Source of the DNA: Acidimicrobiia bacterium
GTDB lineage: Bacteria > Actinomycetota > Acidimicrobiia > IMCC26256 > JAENVU01
Direction of reading: 5' to 3'
Assembly: GCA_031422675.1 (NCBI GenBank)
Contig: JANPMG010000169.1
Span: 2,681-66,680, forward strand
Length of the DNA: 64,000 bases
The notes beneath the pieces are model-generated. The model was given only the letters and a program-made list of their open reading frames with translations. It made no database searches and was not told the origin of the DNA. Positions within the stretch are counted from its first letter, which is position 1, and the number at the start of each line of letters is the position of its first letter. The position numbers and the translations under genes are program-made. Positions 53,977 through 61,558 of the stretch are shown one piece after another.

Positions 53977-54168
53977 TCAGTCCGAGCGGAGATCGGGCGC
54001 GTCCGTGCGCTCACGGTCGCGGTCGAGGATCTCTTCGCGGAACACTTTGACCGAGCGCGGCGCGTCGATGCCGAGCCGGACGTGTTCCCCGTGTACCTCC
54101 AGCACCGTGACGATGATGTCGTCACCGATCACGATGCGTTCGTTGATCCGACGGGTGAGCACCAACAT
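53977..54168 (-). CDS. csrA: Carbon storage regulator / translational repressor CsrA
   Basis: MLVLTRRINERIVIGDDIIVTVLEVHGEHVRLGIDAPRSVKVFREEI is collinear with E. coli CsrA ([47 protein letters not shown]). AAGGAG SD 7 nt upstream of the ATG at 54168. Confidence 0.85.
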   Translation of the reverse strand: MLVLTRRINERIVIGDDIIVTVLEVHGEHVRLGIDAPRSVKVFREEILDRDRERTDAPDLRSD

Positions 54169-54256
54169 CGCGGATCTCCTTCCGTGGATGAGCCCGGTCC
54201 GCCCAGCTTCCGGAACCGCGAGATTAGATCGGCGGCTCGACCGACTTCCCATGGCC

Positions 54257-54284
54257 GGTCGGTCGGTCGGTCGGTCGGTCGTTC
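54257..54284. repeat. Tetranucleotide microsatellite (GGTC)6 plus one degenerate unit
   Basis: Read directly. Located between the luxR-family stop (54301) and csrA. Confidence 0.9.
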
Positions 54285-54300
54285 GGGAAATCGCGCGGAG

Positions 54301-54912
54301 TCAGCTCAGCAGGCCGAGGACCATCGCCCGGCCCAACGCTTCGTTCCGATTCCGAGCGTCGAGCTTGTCGTAGATGTGGGCGAGATGGGTCTTCACCGTG
54401 GCCAGGGAGACGAACAACGCGGCGGAGATCTCCCGATTCGAGCTCCCGGTGGCGAGCAGCCCGAGGACCTCGCGCTCACGGGCCGTGAGCGTCAGGGGTT
54501 CGAGGTCTTCATCGGGCAGATCGCCGGTGAGCAGTGCCGGATCCACGTGACGTTCGCCGCCGAGCACGCGCCCGATCGCGCTCACCAGATCCGATGGACG
54601 GATCGAGCGCGCGAGGAGGCCATCTACGTCGAGCGCGAGGAGGTCGGCCAACGTGTCGCGCGGGGCCCGGTTGAGCATGACGACGAGGCGCACGTCCGGT
54701 GCCGCCTCCCGGACCTGGCGCGCCATCTCGTCGACCGCGAGATCGTTGACCACACCCACGACCGCGACCGCGGGCGAGTGCTCGATCACTGCCTTGGCGA
54801 CATCGCGTGCCGACCCGACCTCGGCGAGGACCGTGAACCCCTCGGCGACCAGCACCGCGGTGAGACCGACGCGAACGAGCGGAACGACGTCGGCAACGAC
54901 GACCGTCGACAT
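54301..54912 (-). CDS. NarL/FixJ (LuxR-type) response regulator with a degenerate receiver domain
   Basis: C-terminal LTAREREVLGLLATGSSNREISAALFVSLATVKTHL HTH. In the receiver-like N-terminus the phospho-acceptor position aligns to Gly (PAVAVVGVVND vs PDLILLDLNMP). Confidence 0.75.
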   Translation of the reverse strand: MSTVVVADVVPLVRVGLTAVLVAEGFTVLAEVGSARDVAKAVIEHSPAVAVVGVVNDLAVDEMARQVREAAPDVRLVVMLNRAPRDTLADLLALDVDGLLARSIRPSDLVSAIGRVLGGERHVDPALLTGDLPDEDLEPLTLTAREREVLGLLATGSSNREISAALFVSLATVKTHLAHIYDKLDARNRNEALGRAMVLGLLS

Positions 54913-54996
54913 GGAACCGGAGCGTACCGGCCATTCCGGCGAAGTCGGTGCCAACGCCATCGTTGGCACGCCCGGTCGCCCGCTCCGCGCACCCGC

Positions 54997-56208
54997 CTAC
55001 TGCACGGTCCAGCGAACGGGGAGTCGTGCAGGTCCCCAGATACCGAAGGTCTCGGGCTTCCACTCCACCGCACCGTCGAGGGCGAGGTCCGGGAATCGAG
55101 TCGCCAGGAGTCCGAGGGCGGCGTGGAGTTCACCGCGAGCGAGATGCGCGCCGAGGCAGTAGTGGATCCCGGACCCGAAGGTCAAGTGCGGGCCGGTGGC
55201 TTCGCGGGTGATGTCGAACCGTTCCGGATCGGTCACGAACTCGGGATCACGATTCCCGCTCGAGAGCGCGCACGAAACCAGCGTGCCCCGCGGGAACAGC
55301 ACGTCGCGGTAGACGATGTCCTCCGACGCGACGCGGATGGTGCCCTGCACCGCGCCGAGGTAGCGCATCGTCTCGTCCACCACGCGCGGGGCGAGGCTCG
55401 GGCGCTCCACCAGGGTCTTCCACTGGTCGGGGTAGGCGAGCAGGAGCGCGACCGAACAGCCGAGTTGATTGCGGGTCGTGTCCGTCCCGGCCATGAGGAC
55501 GGCCTCCGCGAGCATCACAAGCTCGTCGGTCGAGAGTCGATCGCCGGCTTCTTCGGCTGCGATCAATACGCTCAACAGGTCGTCGCCGGGCGCGGATCGA
55601 CGGCGTTCGACGAGTTCGCGCACGTAGGCCTCGAGCTCTTCGCTTGCCCGTCGCACCGCCGGCAGATCTTCGGCCAGGTTCTGATTGAAGATCCGGAAGA
55701 TGTCCGTGGCCCAACGCGAGAACAACTCCCAATCCTCCCGGGGCGCGCCGAGGAGTTCACAGATGATGGGGATCGGATAGGGATCGCACACTGCGGCGAC
55801 GAAATCGCACCGGCCGGCGGCAGCGATGTCGTCGAGCAGCTCTGCGATCACCTGGTCCATGAACGGTCGGAGCCGCTGCGCGGCCGCGGGGGTGAACGCG
55901 GGTGCCACGAGCCGCCGGACGCGCGCGTGCTCGTCGCCCTCCATCGACAGGATCGACGGTCGGCGTTCCTCCATCGATTCCTCGGGCAGACCCTGCATCT
56001 GGGGCAGCAACGACAACGCCGAGTGGAATCGGCGGTCCCGCAGGACCGACACGATGTCGCGGTGGCCCATGACGGCGTACCCGAGCGGGCTGCGCGCCAG
56101 CCAATGGTCGTCCCGGACCGCCGCCAACCGGGCCAGCCGGTCGGATCGGTCGAGACCATTGGGGTCGAAGACCGGCAGCTCGAGTTCCAACACCGAGATC
56201 GCGACCAC
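54997..56208 (-). CDS. Cytochrome P450
   Basis: FGSGIHYCLGAHLA haem-thiolate loop, the AGTDTT I-helix, and ETMR (ExxR). Confidence 0.9.
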   Translation of the reverse strand: MVAISVLELELPVFDPNGLDRSDRLARLAAVRDDHWLARSPLGYAVMGHRDIVSVLRDRRFHSALSLLPQMQGLPEESMEERRPSILSMEGDEHARVRRLVAPAFTPAAAQRLRPFMDQVIAELLDDIAAAGRCDFVAAVCDPYPIPIICELLGAPREDWELFSRWATDIFRIFNQNLAEDLPAVRRASEELEAYVRELVERRRSAPGDDLLSVLIAAEEAGDRLSTDELVMLAEAVLMAGTDTTRNQLGCSVALLLAYPDQWKTLVERPSLAPRVVDETMRYLGAVQGTIRVASEDIVYRDVLFPRGTLVSCALSSGNRDPEFVTDPERFDITREATGPHLTFGSGIHYCLGAHLARGELHAALGLLATRFPDLALDGAVEWKPETFGIWGPARLPVRWTVQ

Positions 56209-56233
56209 GCAACGCTCCTCCGCCGAGTCCGGG

Positions 56234-56306
56234 TGGGTCGCCAGGGACTTGAACCCTGAACCTGCGGGTTAAAAGCCCGATGCTCTGCCAGTTGAGCTAG
56301 CGACCC
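56234..56306 (-). tRNA. tRNA-Lys (anticodon UUU)
   Basis: A manual cloverleaf fold of the 73-nt minus-strand sequence GGGTCGCTAGCTCAACTGGCAGAGCATCGGGCTTTTAACCCGCAGGTTCAGGGTTCAAGTCCCTGGCGACCCA gives: acceptor stem GGGTCGC/GCGACCC, D arm GCTC/GAGC, anticodon loop CTTTTAA, and T arm CAGGG-TTCAAGT-CCCTG. No encoded CCA. Confidence 0.9.
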
Positions 56307-56418
56307 CAACTCGCACGATACCGCCCGGCGCCCGGACCGCCCCAGCCGTTCGCCACCCCCGACCGCACCCGCACCTATATTGCGCCGGTCATTCGCAAGC
56401 CGGAGAGGATCAACGTCG

Positions 56419-57624
56419 ATGATCGCGGAACGGAAGCCGGACATCTCGATCACCAGCGGCGCGTTCTGGGGTCGGAACCCGCATGCCGAGCTGGCGTGGA
56501 TGCGGCAGAACGATCCCGTCTACTTCGACGCGGAGGCCGGCGTGTGGGGGATCAGCCGCTACGACCACATCAAGGAAATCGAATCCGATCCGGCCACGTT
56601 CTCGAATGCCGGGGGCATCCGTCCGGAGACCGGACCGATTCCGATGATGATCGACATGGACGACCCGGAGCACCGGATGCGCCGGAAACTGGTGGCGCGC
56701 GGCTTCACGCCGAACCGGGTACGCGAGCAGGAACCGGCGATCCACGCCCTCGTCCACGATCTCATCGACGAGGTCTGCGAACGCGGGGAGTGCGACTTCG
56801 TCTGGGACTTGGCGGCGTGGATCCCGCTCATCATGATCGGCGACGCCCTCGGCGTCGAGCCCGATGACCGCGCCGCCCTCATGCGCTGGTCCGACGATCT
56901 GCTGCGCGGTCTCGGCACCGAAGACATCGAACTCCTCATGGCCGCCGGCGAGGCATTCAACGGATACAACGAGTACGCACTCCGCGTGATCGAGGATCGC
57001 CGCGCTTGCCCACGCGACGACCTGATGAGCATCCTCGTCCACGCCGAGGTCGACGGTGACCGCCTCGACGAACACTCGATCCTGCACGAGTCGCTGCTGA
57101 TTCTCATCGGCGGCGACGAGACCACTCGCCACGTGATGTCGGGCGGTGCCTACCAGCTCATGCGGCACCCGGAACAGTGGCAGCGCCTGCTCGCCGATCG
57201 CGATCTGGTGATTCCCGCGGTCGAGGAAATGCTGCGCTGGGTGACGCCGATCAAGAACATGGCTCGCACCGCAACCAAGACCGTGGACTTCCACGGCAAG
57301 GAGATCCAGGCGGGACAGAAGCTGCTCATGCTCTACCCGTCGGCCAATCGCGACGACGACCACTTCGTCGAACCCCACACCTTCGACATCGAGCGCACGC
57401 CGAACGAGCACGTGGCCTTCGGGTTCGGAACGCACTTCTGCCTCGGGAGTTCACTGGCCCGGCTCGAACTCCGAGCCTTGTTCAACGTGCTCCTCGACCG
57501 GCTGCCGGACATCCACCTGGTCGACCCCGATGAACCCGCGCACCGACCGGCGAACTTCGTCAGCGGGTACGAAGGTATGAAGGTCGCGTTCAACCCCACG
57601 CCCCGGCGCACCGCTCCCGCCTGA
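56419..57624 (+). CDS. Cytochrome P450 (CYP124/125/142-like by motif impression)
   Basis: FGFGTHFCLGSSLA haem loop, the GGDETTRH I-helix, and EMLRWVTP (ExxR region). Start at MIAERKPD with a GGAGAGGA SD. Confidence 0.85.
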   Translation: MIAERKPDISITSGAFWGRNPHAELAWMRQNDPVYFDAEAGVWGISRYDHIKEIESDPATFSNAGGIRPETGPIPMMIDMDDPEHRMRRKLVARGFTPNRVREQEPAIHALVHDLIDEVCERGECDFVWDLAAWIPLIMIGDALGVEPDDRAALMRWSDDLLRGLGTEDIELLMAAGEAFNGYNEYALRVIEDRRACPRDDLMSILVHAEVDGDRLDEHSILHESLLILIGGDETTRHVMSGGAYQLMRHPEQWQRLLADRDLVIPAVEEMLRWVTPIKNMARTATKTVDFHGKEIQAGQKLLMLYPSANRDDDHFVEPHTFDIERTPNEHVAFGFGTHFCLGSSLARLELRALFNVLLDRLPDIHLVDPDEPAHRPANFVSGYEGMKVAFNPTPRRTAPA

Positions 57625-57636
57625 TCCGCACGCGAA

Positions 57637-59247
57637 TCAGTCGTCGTCGCGGATCGTGACGACGCCGGTGCCGTCGATGACCGTGGCGCCGCTCGCCGTA
57701 CTCACGACGATCTGGAACGCCTCGGTGCCTTCGGACGCGGTGTCCGCCAACAGCGGGATGGTGAGATAGACGAAGCGCTTCGTCGCGGCGATCTTCGCAG
57801 TCCCCGATCGGGTGGTGTAATCCGTACCCGCCGTGGCCGAGCCGGGTTGGGTGGCCCAGCTGATGAGTACGTCCGAGGTCGCCGACGTGGTCAACGCAAT
57901 CGGAACCGAGAGCGAACGCGATCCGCCGTCGCCTTCGACCACCGTGGCGTCCGAGACCGCCAGCCGTACCCCGGAGCCGGGATCGTCGTTGACGATCGTC
58001 CCGGTGCCGCGCTCGCGGTGATTCTCGCCACCATCCACCCCGGCCGCGACGAGATACATCAGTTCGTTCGGTTCGTTCGCGCTGTCTTGCTTCACCGGGA
58101 CGGTCAGCATCTTGAAGACCTGGCTGCCGGTGAAAACTGCTTTGCCCTTGGTCGGGGTGAAGTCGCTGGTTCCGGCAGTACCGGGCGCCGTCGACCAGTA
58201 GACGGTGACCGTCTTACCCGAGGCCGGCGGGTTCGAGATCGACAAGGGGAACCGCAGCGCGCGCGCGCCCGAGGTTCCTTCGATGACCGACGCATCACCC
58301 ACCGAAACCTCCGGGCCGGTGATGACCCCCGGGTGCGCGATGTCCCAACTCCGCGCTCGCGCGTCCCATACCGACCGATCGGTCGTGATCACCGTGTCCG
58401 GACACGCGCTCGACCAGGACGCGGCGCCCGGAAACGCGCCCGGACCCAACCACACCACCGTGTTCCCCGAGCACGTCACCGGGTAACCCGCCGGAAGATT
58501 CAGGTTCCCGTGATTCGTTGTTTGGTCGGCCCGGAAGATCGAGTTGGTGACGCTCAGCCTCGGGCTCACGGGCGCGTTCTCGTCCCACTTGAAGAATCCG
58601 CCGTGGCCGGCGGCACCGCCCGAATACACCGTCGGCATCGCCTGCAAGCGCACCAACGAACGGCTGATGCTCCACGTGTTGAAGCGACCGTCGAAGGTCG
58701 TGCCGCTCGAACGGCGAGCCGAGAGGCCGACGTAACAACCATCGAGGTACGAGTCCTCGATCGCTCCGACGAGGAGATCGTCGTTCTGCACGCAATCGTC
58801 GTGGATGTAGGCGAGATATGCGTGCTTGATCAGGAAATCACTCGAGCCGGTACGGGCTCTGATGCCATCGCCGTAGTTGAAGACGCGCGGCCGATCGAGG
58901 GTGAACCGAGCGCCGGCGAAACCGACGCCGGCGTTGCCGTGGAAGGTGTCCCAGGTCGTGCTCACGCCGTAGGTGCCCGTGATCGTCCCGCCGTCCCAAC
59001 ACGCGTCGTCGCCTGCGTTGAAGTACACGGGATAGGAGACCGTCCCGGTCCAGGTTGCCGCCGAAGCATCGATGCGCGCGTTGGCCCCGACTGTTTCGGT
59101 GAACTCAGTTTGAGGTCCGATCAGATCTCGGGTCGGTGTGGGCGAACACGGCCCCACCGCATCGGCCGAGTTCGGAGCCCCGACGACCACTCCGACGATG
59201 GCCATCGTCGCGGCCACCACTGCGCCACCGAACCGCCGCACCCTCAT
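57637..59247 (-). CDS. Secreted protein: unknown ~290-aa N-terminal domain plus two C-terminal Calx-beta domains
   Basis: Signal peptide (..APNSADA). Two blocks of the type V.DA.V.EG..G.........L......V.V.W.T..G[ST]A..G.DY/F....G...F, typical of Calx-beta. Confidence 0.7.
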   Translation of the reverse strand: MRVRRFGGAVVAATMAIVGVVVGAPNSADAVGPCSPTPTRDLIGPQTEFTETVGANARIDASAATWTGTVSYPVYFNAGDDACWDGGTITGTYGVSTTWDTFHGNAGVGFAGARFTLDRPRVFNYGDGIRARTGSSDFLIKHAYLAYIHDDCVQNDDLLVGAIEDSYLDGCYVGLSARRSSGTTFDGRFNTWSISRSLVRLQAMPTVYSGGAAGHGGFFKWDENAPVSPRLSVTNSIFRADQTTNHGNLNLPAGYPVTCSGNTVVWLGPGAFPGAASWSSACPDTVITTDRSVWDARARSWDIAHPGVITGPEVSVGDASVIEGTSGARALRFPLSISNPPASGKTVTVYWSTAPGTAGTSDFTPTKGKAVFTGSQVFKMLTVPVKQDSANEPNELMYLVAAGVDGGENHRERGTGTIVNDDPGSGVRLAVSDATVVEGDGGSRSLSVPIALTTSATSDVLISWATQPGSATAGTDYTTRSGTAKIAATKRFVYLTIPLLADTASEGTEAFQIVVSTASGATVIDGTGVVTIRDDD

Positions 59248-59265
59248 CGTTGCTCCCCCCACGTA

Positions 59266-59955
59266 TCAGGCACCCCGGATCACGGCCTCCACGATCGTGG
59301 CGGATGCCGCGGGGTCGAGACCGTCGACCCGGAGGGTCTCGGGCGTCTCGCCACGTGGAGAATGTACCAATTGGTCGGTGAGTGACGCCAGGAGCAATTC
59401 TCCGCGTCGTAGTTCCTCCGCTCTCGCCTCGGATTCGAGTGCCTCGAGCCGGCTCTGACGGGGCCCTCGGGCCTCCAACCGGGCGACCAGTACCTCGATC
59501 GGCGCATCAACCCGCACGATGAGGTCGGCCCGTTCGGCCGGGTCCGCCGCCGCCAGCGCCAGGACCCGTTCGGGGTCGGCTCGCAGCGCGGCGGACCACC
59601 ACTCCTGGAGCGGGCCCTGATCCATCACGTGGATCCCGGGTCGGCGACGCGCGCGGCGTAGGGCGTGGCGAACGACGAGCAGATTGGCCGGACGCGCGAT
59701 CTGGTCCCGGCGATCGCGCTGGCCGCTGCGCAGGGCAACTCCGGCCACGATGCGGGCCGAGCCGGGTTCGACCCCGCCCGCGGCTATGGCGCCGAGCTTC
59801 CGCCGCACGCGGGCCGAGCGGGCCGCGTCCGGACCAAGGGTTGCCATGACTTCGGTGGTGGGTTTTCCCTCCAGCCGAAGCCGCGCGACGACGGCCCGGG
59901 CGAGCGTCGACTTGCCTGCGCCCGGCAGACCGCAGAACTCGACGACGTACCCCAC
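59266..59955 (-). CDS. P-loop kinase-like NTPase, function unknown
   Basis: Walker A FCGLPGAGKSTLA, Walker-B-like IHVMDQG, and a helical C-terminus. Collinear with the C-terminal domain of the next gene. Confidence 0.6.
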   Translation of the reverse strand: MGYVVEFCGLPGAGKSTLARAVVARLRLEGKPTTEVMATLGPDAARSARVRRKLGAIAAGGVEPGSARIVAGVALRSGQRDRRDQIARPANLLVVRHALRRARRRPGIHVMDQGPLQEWWSAALRADPERVLALAAADPAERADLIVRVDAPIEVLVARLEARGPRQSRLEALESEARAEELRRGELLLASLTDQLVHSPRGETPETLRVDGLDPAASATIVEAVIRGA

Positions 59956-59966
59956 CGACGAATCGA

Positions 59967-61424
59967 TCAGAGCCGGGACCAGATCGCCCGCAGGATCGCG
60001 GTCAGGACCTTGTCCGACGACTGGGTTCCGTCGACCTCGACCGGACCGAACAGCGATCCCTCGAACTGCAGTTCTCGCACCAGGTCGATCCGATGTGCGA
60101 GGTAGTCGCGTCCGTCCTCGGGCCGACGCTGGGCGGCGGTGTCCACGTCCACGTCGAGTCGGATCACGAGGTCCGGCGGAAAGCGGCGCGCCAACTCGTA
60201 CGGGCGGAGTTCATACGCCGCGAGGGCGCGTTGGAGCGCGTTGCCGTCGGCCCAGTGCGTGAGCCGCGGACCGTCGAGTTCACCCGGGAACTGCATCTGC
60301 GGCCACCGGTCACAGATCACCACCATGCCGCGCGTCCGGGCCTTCATGATCGTGCGCAACTTGCGTGCTTTCTCGGCCGCGAGGGTGAGCGCCCACACGG
60401 CCTTGGCACCGGACATCGCGGTCGGGTGATCGCTTCCGACCCGAGCCTTCTTCGCAATCGTGGTGCGATCACGGGCGTTCCCGAAGATCTTGTCCCGCAC
60501 CAACTTCATCGGCTTGCGGATCAGCGACGACGAACCATCGCCCGACCCGAGATACATCGGGTAGACGTCGAGCTTCGGCGCGAGGAACGCTCGGGTTTCG
60601 CCGACCATCGTGGACTTGCCAGAACCATCGCAGCCGACGAACGCGATGATCACCCCACCGCCCGTACCGCCGCGTCCCTTGAGCACGGGCCGCGGCACGA
60701 CCTTCCGGGAGATGCCGCGCATCGCCCATGCCGCCTCCCGATTCATCCGGCGGGAGAATGCCGCCGGTCCGCGCGAGCTGGTCTGGCTCGCAAGCACTCG
60801 CAGGACGACTCGGCGCAGGCGGTACAGCTGTTTCGTTCCCGGCGTCGCGTCCAGACAGTCGGCCAGAGCCCGGCGACCGGACTCGCCGAGTAACTGCTCG
60901 CCGACGTTGAGCACCGCATCGCGGTCCGTCCGCGCCATCAGGTAGGCCAGTTCGGAGCCGGGACCGCTCGCGCCTTGCACCATGTCGCGGCCCCGAAGTT
61001 TCAACGCGTACCGTGTCAGCAAGAGCACCACCTCGAGCGCGGGCGCCGTGACCCATACCCCGGACTCGTCCCGAACGCGGGTGTCGAGCACGAGACGTTC
61101 CCACGGCAGGCGGAACCGCTTGTTGTGCCGTTCGCCGCCGGGAAGGCGATAGTGCACGTGGAAGTGGACCATTCGGTTCGACTCGTCGTCGACCCCGAGG
61201 AAATCTTCGAGCCCGACATCGTTCCGGGCGTTCGCCACCCGGCCCCGTCGGCACGACAGCTCGGCGAACACCGCGTACGCGTCGTCGATCCCGGCCGGGT
61301 CCACGAGGATGTCCAGGTCCGTGTCCGCGGCCAGCGCGGCGTCGAGGTGATCGTTGCTCTTCCAATGGCAATACGCGACACCGCGCTCGTCGAATCGCCG
61401 CAGCACTTCCATGACCAAGCTCAT
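59967..61424 (-). CDS. Fusion protein: Pol-beta-superfamily nucleotidyltransferase-like N-terminal domain plus thymidylate-kinase-like P-loop C-terminal domain
   Basis: N-terminus: HWKSNDHL..ADTDLDILVD (S...DxD NTase pattern). C-terminus: IAFVGCDGSGKST (GxDGxGKST, as in dTMP kinases) and VICDRW (the DR[YF]-like motif). Confidence 0.6.
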   Translation of the reverse strand: MSLVMEVLRRFDERGVAYCHWKSNDHLDAALAADTDLDILVDPAGIDDAYAVFAELSCRRGRVANARNDVGLEDFLGVDDESNRMVHFHVHYRLPGGERHNKRFRLPWERLVLDTRVRDESGVWVTAPALEVVLLLTRYALKLRGRDMVQGASGPGSELAYLMARTDRDAVLNVGEQLLGESGRRALADCLDATPGTKQLYRLRRVVLRVLASQTSSRGPAAFSRRMNREAAWAMRGISRKVVPRPVLKGRGGTGGGVIIAFVGCDGSGKSTMVGETRAFLAPKLDVYPMYLGSGDGSSSLIRKPMKLVRDKIFGNARDRTTIAKKARVGSDHPTAMSGAKAVWALTLAAEKARKLRTIMKARTRGMVVICDRWPQMQFPGELDGPRLTHWADGNALQRALAAYELRPYELARRFPPDLVIRLDVDVDTAAQRRPEDGRDYLAHRIDLVRELQFEGSLFGPVEVDGTQSSDKVLTAILRAIWSRL

Positions 61425-61558
61425 CTTTCGTCCTCCTGGCCCTTCGGGCCGGGCCGGACTGGCCCCGCTGCGCTGTCCGAACGGCTCCTTGCGCGTGCCC
61501 TCTCCGCTCCACTCATGAATCTCTCCTCCCCGCTAGCGACATGGGCCCAGCACCGACA

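Noticed and set aside
53465-57624. Genomic island integrated at the tRNA-Lys gene.
   Set aside because: I found no integrase/recombinase gene and no second copy of the tRNA 3' end in the flanks. There is no obvious compositional break beyond small AT-richer promoter patches.
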